A stretch of DNA of 64,000 bases, from NCBI GenBank assembly GCA_001782825.1, contig MFPS01000003.1:44353-108352 (forward strand), written 5' to 3'. The stretch is from Candidatus Magasanikbacteria bacterium RIFCSPHIGHO2_01_FULL_33_34 (GTDB taxonomy: Bacteria; Patescibacteriota; Patescibacteriia; Magasanikbacterales; UBA922). The translations under genes and the position numbers were made by a program. The notes under the pieces are model-generated. The model searched no databases. It saw only the letters and a list, made by a program, of their open reading frames with translations, and had not been told where the DNA came from. Positions 37,751-47,213 of this stretch are shown here, piece by piece (the first letter of the stretch is position 1; each line of letters begins with the position of its first letter).

Positions 37751-38548
37751 ATGGAAAAAATTCTATTGCCTACAACTATCGAATTTGAAGAGACTGATCG
37801 CGATAATGTTGGTAAAATGATTGTAACACCATGTCATCAAGGATATGGTACAACTTTAGGAAATGCATTGAGACGCGTATTGTTGTCATCTTTGCCTGGT
37901 TCAGCCGTTGAATCAATTAAAATTAAGGGTGTACAGCATGAATTTTCAGCTGTTAATAATGTTTTGGAAGATGTTATTCAGATTATTTTAAATATAAAAC
38001 AATTAGCTGTTAAATCTCATAGTACAGAACCGGTTGTATTAAGTTTATTAAAAAAAGGCGTTGGAGATGTTACTGCAGCTGATTTTGAAAAGAATGCTGA
38101 TATTGAAATTTTTAATCCAAATCTTAAAATTGCTACAATTACTGACAAAGATTATACATTTGATATGGAAGTTATTATCAATCAAGGACAAGGATATGTG
38201 TCGGTTGGTGAAAAAGATACAAAAAATTTAGATTTGGGTACTATTGCCATAGATTCATTATTTACTCCAATTCGTGATGTTGGTTACAAGGTAGAAAATA
38301 CTCGTGTGGGAGATGTAACTGATTATGAAAAGTTGACATTAATTATTGAAACTAATGGTACGATTTCTCCAAAAGAAGCAGTAGCTCAAACCACATCTAT
38401 TCTAATGAATCATTTTACATTGATTTTGGATGCGACCGGACCTAAAACTACTATTGATGATGTTAAATCTGAAGATGAAAGTGAAGTAGAAGTAAAAGAA
38501 GAAAAACCAAAAAAAGCAAAAAAAGTTAAGAAAGATAGCAAGAAATAA
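37751..38548 (+). CDS. rpoA: RNA polymerase alpha subunit, N-terminal domain only, with a K/E-rich tail
   Basis: The alpha NTD motif is TLGNALRRVLLSSLPG. At 265 aa, the usual ~85-aa alpha-CTD is replaced by an ~40-aa charged tail. Confidence 0.85.
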   Translation: MEKILLPTTIEFEETDRDNVGKMIVTPCHQGYGTTLGNALRRVLLSSLPGSAVESIKIKGVQHEFSAVNNVLEDVIQIILNIKQLAVKSHSTEPVVLSLLKKGVGDVTAADFEKNADIEIFNPNLKIATITDKDYTFDMEVIINQGQGYVSVGEKDTKNLDLGTIAIDSLFTPIRDVGYKVENTRVGDVTDYEKLTLIIETNGTISPKEAVAQTTSILMNHFTLILDATGPKTTIDDVKSEDESEVEVKEEKPKKAKKVKKDSKK

Positions 38549-38559
38549 TTACTCGTTAT

Positions 38560-38910
38560 ATGAGACATAAAATAAAAAAAGCAACATTAGGAAGAGAAAA
38601 GGCACAAAGAGAAGCTTTGATGCGTAATTTGGCTGAAAGTTTGATTTTAAACGGTTCAATCCGCACTACCAAAGCAAAAGCCAGAGCTTTACGTTCTTTT
38701 GTTGAACCATTAGTTACCAAAGCAAAAAAGAATGATTTAACTGCAAAAAGAAATCTCCTTAAGGCTTTGTATACCAAAGAAGTTGTAAATAAATTATTGA
38801 AAGAAATTGCGCCAAATTACAAAGAACGTAATGGTGGTTATACTAGAATTACAAAATTAGGCGCTCGCGCAAATGATGCGGCTGAAATGGCTAAAATTGA
38901 ATTTGTTTAA
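38560..38910 (+). CDS. rplQ: 50S ribosomal protein L17
   Basis: MRHKIKKATLGREKAQREALMRNLAESLI. Confidence 0.9.
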   Translation: MRHKIKKATLGREKAQREALMRNLAESLILNGSIRTTKAKARALRSFVEPLVTKAKKNDLTAKRNLLKALYTKEVVNKLLKEIAPNYKERNGGYTRITKLGARANDAAEMAKIEFV

Positions 38911-38924
38911 AAAGTAAATATTAT

Positions 38925-39320
38925 ATGACTAAAGAAACAGTGAAAAGAAAAAAACAAGTAGCTAATATAGTAGTTCGTGCAGTTCATGAAATTGATGCTG
39001 CTGGACGCGCTCCTGGTAGAGTTGCAACTGAAGTAGCAATGATTTTGCGCGGTAAAAATAAAGCAGATTTTTCACCTCATATTGATAATGGGGATAATGT
39101 AGTAGTATTAAATACTTCAAAATTGAAATTTACTGGTAAAAAATTGGTTCAGAAAGATTATCGTTATCACACTCTTTATCCGGGTGGATTAAAAAAAACA
39201 TCAATGAAAAAAGTATTTGAAAATAATCCAACAGATGTGATCAAAAAAGCAGTATATGGGATGCTTCCAAAAAATAGATTGCGTGAGGAAATGATGAAGA
39301 GGTTGACTATTAAAGCATAA
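38925..39320 (+). CDS. rplM: 50S ribosomal protein L13
   Basis: [26 protein letters not shown]. Confidence 0.9.
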   Translation: MTKETVKRKKQVANIVVRAVHEIDAAGRAPGRVATEVAMILRGKNKADFSPHIDNGDNVVVLNTSKLKFTGKKLVQKDYRYHTLYPGGLKKTSMKKVFENNPTDVIKKAVYGMLPKNRLREEMMKRLTIKA

Positions 39321-39333
39321 ATTAAAGTTATAT

Positions 39334-39732
39334 ATGACAAATAACAATACAGATACAAGAGCAGTTGGTAGAAGAAAAACTTCATCTGCTAGAGTAAGAA
39401 TCGCTCCAGGCAAAGGAGAGATTGTTATAAACAATAAAAAACTTTCTGAATATTTTGGAGCAAAATTAAATCAAGATAAAGTTCTTTCACCATTAAATGC
39501 GGTTGGTAAAGAAAAAGCTTTGGATGTTTCTGTTCGGGTTGAAGGTGGGGGAGTAACTGGTCAAGTTGAAGCTGTGAGACATGGTATTGCCAGAGCTTTA
39601 CTCAAATGGAATGAAGATTTTCGTCCAGTACTTAAATCTCTTGGATTTTTGACAAGAGATTCAAGAGCCAAAGAAAGAAAGAAATACGGATTGTTCAAGG
39701 CTAGACGGGCTCATCAATGGAGAAAACGTTAA
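39334..39732 (+). CDS. rpsI: 30S ribosomal protein S9
   Basis: [19 protein letters not shown]...C-terminal [11 protein letters not shown]. Confidence 0.9.
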   Translation: MTNNNTDTRAVGRRKTSSARVRIAPGKGEIVINNKKLSEYFGAKLNQDKVLSPLNAVGKEKALDVSVRVEGGGVTGQVEAVRHGIARALLKWNEDFRPVLKSLGFLTRDSRAKERKKYGLFKARRAHQWRKR

Positions 39733-39742
39733 CATAAAATTA

Positions 39743-39772
39743 AAAACACCCACATTTCTGTGGGTGTTTTAA
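39743..39772 (+). terminator. Rho-independent terminator after rpsI
   Basis: aaacacccaca-tttc-tgtgggtgttttaatt. Confidence 0.75.
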
Positions 39773-39849
39773 TTGGTTGAATTATTGTTTAAAAAAGAGT
39801 AAACTATAATTAATTAATAAGTGGTATTAGTAATTTTAAAGGTAAATAA

Positions 39850-41277
39850 ATGTCGTCAATAACCAGAAATACTGCCTATATGACAATGGCCTCAATTGGG
39901 CAAAAGATTATTTCTTTTGTCTATTTTATGTTGATTGCCAATCATATTGGTGCAGAGAGTACTGGTAAATATTTTTTTGCATTAGCATTTACTACGGTTT
40001 TTGTAGTATTTGTTGATTTGGGTTTGACAAGTGTTTTAGTTCGAGAATCTGCTAAACATCGTGAAAAAATTCAATCATATTTTTCTACAATTTTGTCAGT
40101 GAAAATAATTTTGGGAATTGTGACATATATTGCTGCAATAGTTACTATAAACTTGATGGGATATCCAGAGGAAACAAGATATTTGGTGTATTTGTCTGGT
40201 GTTACTATGCTTTTTGATTCTCTTCATCTTACTTTGTATGGAGTTTTGAGAGCGGTTGGTAATTTGAAGTATGAGGCTATGGGTATTGTTGCGAGTCAGC
40301 TTATTACTTTGGGTTTTGGTACGACTTTTTTGTATTTGAATTTTCCACTAATATATTTGATATTGGCCTTTACAATTTCTAGTTTTTTGAATGTAGTGTA
40401 TGTAACAGTTATTTTATACAAAAAATACAAAATTAATTTGACACCGCATTATGACAAAAAAGTATTTATGTATGTAGCTAAAATTGCTTTACCGTTTGCT
40501 TTTGCAGCTGTTTTTGCTAGAGTCTATTCGTATATTGATTCTATTTTATTATCCAAGTTGGCGGGCGATGTCCAAGTTGGTTTGTATTCAATTCCATATA
40601 AAATAACCTATGCATTTCAGTTTTTCCCATTGGCGTTGATGGCTGTACTTTATCCTCGGTTTAGTGAATATTTTGTGAGTAATAAAAATAAATTAGCATT
40701 TGTATTTGAAAGAGGAGTTAAATATTTGTTGATAATTGTTATGCCGATTACTTTTGGTATCGGAGTATTGTCACAAGATATTATAACTACTCTGTTTAAT
40801 CCGGAATATGCAAATTCTGTGTTACCATTACAAATATTATTGGCAGGTTTGATATTTTCGTATATTAGCTTTCCAATTGGAGGTTTTTTGAATGCTTGTA
40901 ATAGGCAGGTTACTCAGACTATAATTGTAGGCAGTGTGATGTTTGTAAATATAGGTTTAAATATCTTATTAATTCCAAAGTATGGTGTGGTTGGAGCGTC
41001 TTTGACTGCCTTATTTGGGAATTTTCTTTTGACAATATTGGGATATATTTTTGTCCCGAGTATCACCAAAATATCACATTTATTTATATTGAAATCAATA
41101 TTTCAGATAGTAATATCTGGTCTGGTAATGGCGATAGTGGTATGGAGCGCAAATCTGTATTATCATTTTATTTTTGCTATAATAGTAGGAGCATTGGTCT
41201 ACACAATGATGTTATTTATGACAGGAGCCATTACAAGAAAACAAGTAAAAGAAGCTATATTGATGGTTCGTAATTGA
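39850..41277 (+). CDS. Polysaccharide/oligosaccharide flippase (Wzx-like, MOP superfamily)
   Basis: It is 475 aa with about 12-14 TM helices, and it sits in a glycan gene context. Confidence 0.65.
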   Translation: MSSITRNTAYMTMASIGQKIISFVYFMLIANHIGAESTGKYFFALAFTTVFVVFVDLGLTSVLVRESAKHREKIQSYFSTILSVKIILGIVTYIAAIVTINLMGYPEETRYLVYLSGVTMLFDSLHLTLYGVLRAVGNLKYEAMGIVASQLITLGFGTTFLYLNFPLIYLILAFTISSFLNVVYVTVILYKKYKINLTPHYDKKVFMYVAKIALPFAFAAVFARVYSYIDSILLSKLAGDVQVGLYSIPYKITYAFQFFPLALMAVLYPRFSEYFVSNKNKLAFVFERGVKYLLIIVMPITFGIGVLSQDIITTLFNPEYANSVLPLQILLAGLIFSYISFPIGGFLNACNRQVTQTIIVGSVMFVNIGLNILLIPKYGVVGASLTALFGNFLLTILGYIFVPSITKISHLFILKSIFQIVISGLVMAIVVWSANLYYHFIFAIIVGALVYTMMLFMTGAITRKQVKEAILMVRN

Positions 41278-41314
41278 GGTGATATTATTTATTTAGAATA
41301 TTTAACTTAAAAGT

Positions 41315-42463
41315 GTGAAAAAAATATTAATTATAAGTTTAGAGTTTCCACCTTATGTGGGTGGCGTGGCTACTTATGTTCATGATTTAGCTGATTCACT
41401 AGATCCCCAAAAAACAGTAGTTTTGGCGCCTAGTAGTAAATCCAAGGAAAGTAGTGTTTGGGATGAAGACAAAAAATATAAAATTATCAGAAAAAAATTG
41501 TTATATCCTAGGTTTATATGGCCTCGATGGATACGTCTTTTGTGGCATGTCTGGAGAGTTGTAAGGAAAGAAAAAATTGAAATAATTTTTGTACAACATG
41601 TTTTGCCTGTCGGTTATGCTGGAATATTAATGAAAAAATTATTTAAAATTCCGTTTTTATTATTTTCTCATGGAACTGATTTGATAGCTGGTACTTCAAC
41701 TGTGTGGAAAAGAAAAATGGTTACTATGGTTTCAAAACAGGCTGAGCAAATTATTTTTAATAGTAATTCACTTCAAAGTAGATATTTGCGAGTATTACCT
41801 ATGTTTGAAAAAAAATCATTTGTTTTGTACCCTTGTCCTGAGCCAATATTTTTTGAGACACCGTCTAGGTCTGCGATTGATACTATTAGAAGTCGATATG
41901 CATTGGAAGGCAAGGAAGTTATTCTTTCAGTGTCTAGATTGGATGAAGGCAAGGGTTTTTTGCATATGATTAGGTATATGTCAAAAATTTTGGAAACAGC
42001 GCCAAATCTTGTGTGGTTTATTATTGGTGGTGGTTTTAAGAGTGATTTGATAATAGATACTATCAGAAGATATAATTTGCAAAATGTAGTTAGATTCATT
42101 GGTGAAATCCCGCATGCAGATTTACCACCTTATTTTTATGTGGCGGATCTTTTTGTTTTGTTGACACATCCAGATGATGGTAGGGAAGAAGGTTTGGGTT
42201 TGGTTTTTTTGGAAGCATCAGCCACAGGCTTGCCAATCATTGCTGGGCGAAGCGGTGGAGTCCCTGAGGCAGTGTTAGATGGTAGGACGGGCTTGATTGT
42301 GGACGCAACCAATGAAAAACAAGTCATTGATGCTACATTGAAGCTGTTGCAAGAAAAAATATATGCCACTCAGCTTGGCAAAGCAGCCAAAGATAGAATG
42401 TTGAAAGATTTTCAGTGGTCAAATCAAATTAAATTACTTGAACCTTGGATTGGAAAAAAATAA
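41315..42463 (+). CDS. Glycosyltransferase family 4 (GT-B)
   Basis: LEASATGLPIIAGRSGGVPE is the GT4 EX7E region. Confidence 0.8.
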   Translation: MKKILIISLEFPPYVGGVATYVHDLADSLDPQKTVVLAPSSKSKESSVWDEDKKYKIIRKKLLYPRFIWPRWIRLLWHVWRVVRKEKIEIIFVQHVLPVGYAGILMKKLFKIPFLLFSHGTDLIAGTSTVWKRKMVTMVSKQAEQIIFNSNSLQSRYLRVLPMFEKKSFVLYPCPEPIFFETPSRSAIDTIRSRYALEGKEVILSVSRLDEGKGFLHMIRYMSKILETAPNLVWFIIGGGFKSDLIIDTIRRYNLQNVVRFIGEIPHADLPPYFYVADLFVLLTHPDDGREEGLGLVFLEASATGLPIIAGRSGGVPEAVLDGRTGLIVDATNEKQVIDATLKLLQEKIYATQLGKAAKDRMLKDFQWSNQIKLLEPWIGKK

Positions 42464-42468
42464 TTAGT

Positions 42469-43179
42469 ATGCAATTAATCAGCATTATCATTCCAGTATA
42501 CAATCATTTGAATGATCTCAAAAAAACATTGCAATCTATATCAAAACAAACTTATAGAGATATAGAAGTGATTATAGTCGATGATGGTAGTGATACTAAG
42601 GTGGCAGATGAAATTAATCCTAGTGATTTTAATTTTGATATTTTTATTTATAGACAGGAAAATAGTGGTGCCTCGTCTGCAAGGAATATTGGATTTGAAA
42701 TGTCAAAGGGAGAATTTGTAATTTTTTGGGATGCGGATTTGATTGCCAACCATGATATGTTGAAAAAAATGCATAATGTGCTTACTATTCACCCTGAAGT
42801 TAGTTATGTTTATTCGGATTTTTATTTTGGCACCAAAAAAATGAAAGCAATGAAATTTGATGAGTCTAAATTGAGAGAGAATAATTATATAATGACTACT
42901 AGCTTGATGCGAAGAGAAGATTTTCCTTTTTTTGATCCATTGTTAAAGAGATTCCAAGATTGGGATTTGTGGTTGACAATGCTTCAAAAAAATAAGATAG
43001 GCATATATATACCAGAATTTTTGTTTTTTATAATTCCACACAAGGATGGGATTAGTGGGTGGTTACCATCTTTTGCTTACAAAAAACCATGGTCATGGTT
43101 GCCTGGTTTTAGGGATAAGGTGAAAAAATATAATCTAGCCAAAGAAATTGTAATGAAAAAGCATGGACTAATTTTTTAA
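42469..43179 (+). CDS. Glycosyltransferase family 2
   Basis: ISIIIPVYNHLNDL...VIIVDDGSD. Confidence 0.8.
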   Translation: MQLISIIIPVYNHLNDLKKTLQSISKQTYRDIEVIIVDDGSDTKVADEINPSDFNFDIFIYRQENSGASSARNIGFEMSKGEFVIFWDADLIANHDMLKKMHNVLTIHPEVSYVYSDFYFGTKKMKAMKFDESKLRENNYIMTTSLMRREDFPFFDPLLKRFQDWDLWLTMLQKNKIGIYIPEFLFFIIPHKDGISGWLPSFAYKKPWSWLPGFRDKVKKYNLAKEIVMKKHGLIF

Positions 43180-44673
43180 TTTGTGAAAAGTCTGATACAG
43201 GATAAGGACGATATCTTCTAATATAGAATGATCTTTGGCTGATAAAATGATAACTGAAACAATAAACATAACTCCGACTGTGTGGAATAATATAGGAGCA
43301 GTGATATTCATAAATAACATGGCTATTAGCCCAGCAAATAGTCCAATATAAAAATCATGATAATCTGGCGAAAGTCGGATTTTTTGAATCAATGAAATGA
43401 TTATATATATTATTAGTGCTAAAAAACTGAGAAATCCTAGTAGTCCAAGTTCAGCCAAAAGTTCTAAATACCCCCAGTCAAAATGTCTGGTAGTTATAAC
43501 TTCATAATGAGTTGGTTCTATAAAAGTAATTGTAGCGCCTAGACCTGAACCTAAGACAAGGTTTTGTTTTATTAATTCAAAAATTGGTGGGAGGAGCATC
43601 ATTCTAGTTAAGGAGCTGGTTTCAATGTCTGGTTTGTAAATACTATTTATTCGCAAGCCTATGAGTTCAAGGCCAATAGATGTTCCATTACTTGCTAGAA
43701 AATTTATAGAAAAAAATAGTGTTAAAGCGATTATAAGAAATTTTGTACTTACAAATAACCAATTTTTTATATTGTGTTTGTATTTTAAAATAAAAAATCC
43801 GATTATAAGAGCAAGAATATACATTCTTGAGAAATTTAGTATTAAAATTAGTATGGCAAATGTGAGCATTAGCCACCAAAGTTTGTGATGTTTTTCATTG
43901 CGCATCAATAGGGAGGTGGTGAGTAGGGTGAGCGGAACAAAGAGTAAATGTTCTGGCAAAACAATTCGCCAGAAACCAAATCCCATATTGGTAATCTTGC
44001 CCATAGCAACATCGCGAAACCATTTGTAAAAAGGTGATTGTAAATGTTCTATACCGCTAGAAAAAATAATAAAAGTAAATAAAGCAAATATGGCTGAGCT
44101 AATTAGAAATGCAATCAGTGATCGGACTAAAAAATCTTGATTCCCTCTATTTTTAAAGATATGATAACCTGGAAAAATAAGAATAAAAAAAGAAAAAGGC
44201 ATTAAGTCTTGTATTACTGCTTTTGCCCCATGTCCATTAATCACTCCATTTGAAAAGGCAATAATTGTAAAAAATAATAATGTAGATAAAATGATAATGA
44301 GTTTTTTGGGAAAGCCAACTAGCTCAGTTCTACTATTGAAGGTTGTTTGGGTAAACCATAACAAAACAAAAGTTATAAATAACATTGTTCGCATGGATAG
44401 ACCAAAAAATTCAAAAAAGTGACCAGCTCCGCCAAGTAAAAATTCACTAATTAATAAAATCCAAGCCAATTCTTGATTTTTGTAGTAAAGGGTGGCAAAT
44501 ATCAGGACAACAATAAAAACAATTAATGATTGTAATAGATTATGACCAACAAGTAAAAAAGATAATAGACGGATTAAAAAGTATGAGACTATTAAAATGA
44601 GTGTCTGTGGATTCCAGAATATTGATTTTTTGGCTAAAAAGTTTTCATACATATGATAACTATAAGATTTCAT
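43168..44673 (-). CDS. Polytopic membrane protein, O-antigen ligase/polymerase-like
   Basis: It has about 12 TM helices, and it lies in a glycan context convergent with the GT2. Confidence 0.5.
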   Translation of the reverse strand: MKSYSYHMYENFLAKKSIFWNPQTLILIVSYFLIRLLSFLLVGHNLLQSLIVFIVVLIFATLYYKNQELAWILLISEFLLGGAGHFFEFFGLSMRTMLFITFVLLWFTQTTFNSRTELVGFPKKLIIILSTLLFFTIIAFSNGVINGHGAKAVIQDLMPFSFFILIFPGYHIFKNRGNQDFLVRSLIAFLISSAIFALFTFIIFSSGIEHLQSPFYKWFRDVAMGKITNMGFGFWRIVLPEHLLFVPLTLLTTSLLMRNEKHHKLWWLMLTFAILILILNFSRMYILALIIGFFILKYKHNIKNWLFVSTKFLIIALTLFFSINFLASNGTSIGLELIGLRINSIYKPDIETSSLTRMMLLPPIFELIKQNLVLGSGLGATITFIEPTHYEVITTRHFDWGYLELLAELGLLGFLSFLALIIYIIISLIQKIRLSPDYHDFYIGLFAGLIAMLFMNITAPILFHTVGVMFIVSVIILSAKDHSILEDIVLILYQTFHKLKN

Positions 44674-45568
44674 TAGCTATACTTTTGTATCCGTTCAAAA
44701 ATTCAATGACATTCATTGGTTTTTTACCTTCAAGTTGTAATTTTAGTAATTCTATTGATTTCTCAGAACATCCAATATAGATATGTTTTTCTTCTATTAT
44801 TACTTTACCAGCATCAATAATTTTGTCTGATTCTTTAATTTCTAATAATTTTAATCTTTTTTCTTGCCACATTGTCCAAATCCCTGGCCAAGGAGTAAGT
44901 CCACGGTAAAGATTGTATATTTCTTTTGAGGTTTTGTTCCAATCAATTTGACCATCCTCACGGGATAATTCATGGCATTCTGTAGCCAAAGAATTGTTTT
45001 GTATCTGGGGCTTTAGCTTGCCTTCAACATATCCATCAATTGCCTCTGACAGCGCTTGTGAGCTTATTTTAGCGAGGTTTTCACTGAGAGTAGTATAAGT
45101 GTCATGGGGTTTAATTTTAAGTCGTTTTTGTAATAAAATTGGACCAGTATCAAGTCCTTTGTCCATTTTCATAATGGTTACTCCAGTTTCTGTTTCACCG
45201 TTAATTAAAACACTTTGAATAGGAGAAGCGCCACGATATTTTGGCAATAAGGAAGTATGAACATTCAAGGTACCGTGGGTTGGTGTATTTAAGATATGTT
45301 CTGGAATTAAAAGTCCGTATTGGGCAGTAATGCCTAAATCAAATTTATCTACTAAATTATAGTTTTTTAAATTTTCAGGTTGTTCAACTTTTATATTATT
45401 GTTTTCAGATAATATTTTTACAAAAGATTTTTTTAAATCTTGTTTTCTACCGACTGGTTTGTCTGGCTGGGTTATTACAAGTGATACATTGATTTTGGGA
45501 TTATCAATCATACTTTGTAAAATTACAGAGGCAAATTGGTGTGTACCAAAAAAAACTACTTTTATCAT
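44660..45568 (-). CDS. fmt: Methionyl-tRNA formyltransferase
   Basis: The formyl_trans N and C domains are present, and it overlaps def by 4 nt. Confidence 0.88.
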   Translation of the reverse strand: MIKVVFFGTHQFASVILQSMIDNPKINVSLVITQPDKPVGRKQDLKKSFVKILSENNNIKVEQPENLKNYNLVDKFDLGITAQYGLLIPEHILNTPTHGTLNVHTSLLPKYRGASPIQSVLINGETETGVTIMKMDKGLDTGPILLQKRLKIKPHDTYTTLSENLAKISSQALSEAIDGYVEGKLKPQIQNNSLATECHELSREDGQIDWNKTSKEIYNLYRGLTPWPGIWTMWQEKRLKLLEIKESDKIIDAGKVIIEEKHIYIGCSEKSIELLKLQLEGKKPMNVIEFLNGYKSIANEIL

Positions 45569-46107
45569 ATTTTTAAACTATGTTCATCTTTCAGGTTAGT
45601 TTGTTGTATGGTTTTATTAGGTTTATTATTTATTTCTTCTTTATAAATTTCAGTTGCTTTATCAATGAATAAAATTCCATCCAAATGATCAACTTCATGC
45701 TGAATAACGCGGGCCAAAAATTTTTTGGCGCTAAATGAAATTTTGTTGCCATGTCTATCAAGGGCTTGTACGTCAATATGAGTGTATCGGATTACTTTAC
45801 CAAAAGTATGTGGCACAGATAAACATCCCTCTAGATCAGTGTTTTTCTTTTTACTAGATTTTTCCCAAGTTGGATTGACTAATACTAAATCTTCTTTGAG
45901 TTTTTTGTCAGAGTCTTTGCCAATAATACAAATACGAATATTGTGAGCGATTTGTGGGGCCGCTAGTCCAATACCATCACTTTCATACATCTTTGGGATC
46001 ATTTCATCTATTAGTTTCTGAGTCTGAGGTGATAGCAAAAAATCACGGTCAATTTCTTTTGATCGTTCTCTTAGAGATGGGGTTGGTAATGTTATTATTT
46101 TTAGCAT
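45565..46107 (-). CDS. def: Peptide deformylase
   Basis: GIGLAAPQI, EGCLSVP and HEVDHLDG are motifs 1-3. Confidence 0.9.
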   Translation of the reverse strand: MLKIITLPTPSLRERSKEIDRDFLLSPQTQKLIDEMIPKMYESDGIGLAAPQIAHNIRICIIGKDSDKKLKEDLVLVNPTWEKSSKKKNTDLEGCLSVPHTFGKVIRYTHIDVQALDRHGNKISFSAKKFLARVIQHEVDHLDGILFIDKATEIYKEEINNKPNKTIQQTNLKDEHSLKI

Positions 46108-46114
46108 AATTATT

Positions 46115-46372
46115 TTATTTTTTATTATTACCCTTTTTCAGTTCATTAAAAACTTTTAGAAAATATTGAACATATAATTTATTCAATTCTTTGCAATCTT
46201 CAAAAGCTATTTTGGCCATTTGGGGACTTTGTTTACAACATCTGAAAATTGAGCTTTTTTTGGTATTAGCGTCTGGGATATCAGTTATTATTTGTAATGC
46301 AAGCTCTTGCCACTTGTATGCTGGTGGTTTTTTGAACTCTGGGATTTTTATTATGTCTTTGATGCTATCCAT
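46115..46372 (-). CDS. Small hypothetical protein (85 aa)
   Basis: No motif is recognised. It is co-oriented with def-fmt. Confidence 0.4.
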   Translation of the reverse strand: MDSIKDIIKIPEFKKPPAYKWQELALQIITDIPDANTKKSSIFRCCKQSPQMAKIAFEDCKELNKLYVQYFLKVFNELKKGNNKK

Positions 46373-46425
46373 ATGGCTTATTTCCTATGACTAGTCAAAA
46401 TACCATTTATTTGGGATTGTGTCAA

Positions 46426-47205
46426 TCAAAAGTCAAAACTGCCGGTCAAATATCCTACGCCAAAAGGGTGTTCATATGTAGAGCTTTCAAAGGAATAGTC
46501 AGTCTCTTTTAAAACGCCAAGTAGAATTAAAATTGATCTATAACCACATTCTTCAGCATTTTTGAGTGATTCACTTGAATCAAGATCTAAAATACTACCA
46601 ATTAATTTTTCTTTGATCAGATAAATCAATTTTTCATCAAAATTTTCTTTTTTACTCTTTTTTTTGGGTAATTTGTGAGATAAATCACCTGAAGCAATGA
46701 CAGCAATACGCCTGTGATCTTCTTCGATTACATCTTTAAGTATTTCACCAAAATGTATATGTTCCATAGCATTTCTGTGACTATATCCTAGGGGTAAAAT
46801 TTGTACATCTTTGAGATGATTTGTCAGGTAAAATAAAGGAACAGTAGCGCCATGATCAAGTTTTTCTTGACTACCAAGCTGTAAATTTATTTTTTTTGTT
46901 TTGCAGGCTTGGCTTAGTTTTGCGGCAAAGTCTGGAGAACCTTTCCAATCTCGTACAGTAGACAAATCACCAAAATTATCATAGGCAGATACAAAGTGCG
47001 TGTTAGCATTGACTGAAAAGGATTCTTTGTAGAGACTACTATGAGGTGAAATTACTATAATTAATTGCGCTTTGGATACATAAATTTCTTTTTCAAGAGA
47101 CTCCAAAGCTTCTTTTGTTTTGTTTATAAGATCTATTTTTTCCTTTCCAATATTGGGTATAAGTAGTGGTGGGTGGGGAGTGATTCCGGCAAAAACTAAT
47201 GACAT
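46426..47205 (-). CDS. LigB/DODA-family (class III extradiol dioxygenase / Memo-like) protein
   Basis: ISPHSS, LDHGATVPL and ASGDLSH are motifs conserved in the family. Confidence 0.6.
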   Translation of the reverse strand: MSLVFAGITPHPPLLIPNIGKEKIDLINKTKEALESLEKEIYVSKAQLIIVISPHSSLYKESFSVNANTHFVSAYDNFGDLSTVRDWKGSPDFAAKLSQACKTKKINLQLGSQEKLDHGATVPLFYLTNHLKDVQILPLGYSHRNAMEHIHFGEILKDVIEEDHRRIAVIASGDLSHKLPKKKSKKENFDEKLIYLIKEKLIGSILDLDSSESLKNAEECGYRSILILLGVLKETDYSFESSTYEHPFGVGYLTGSFDF

Positions 47206-47213
47206 AATATTAT

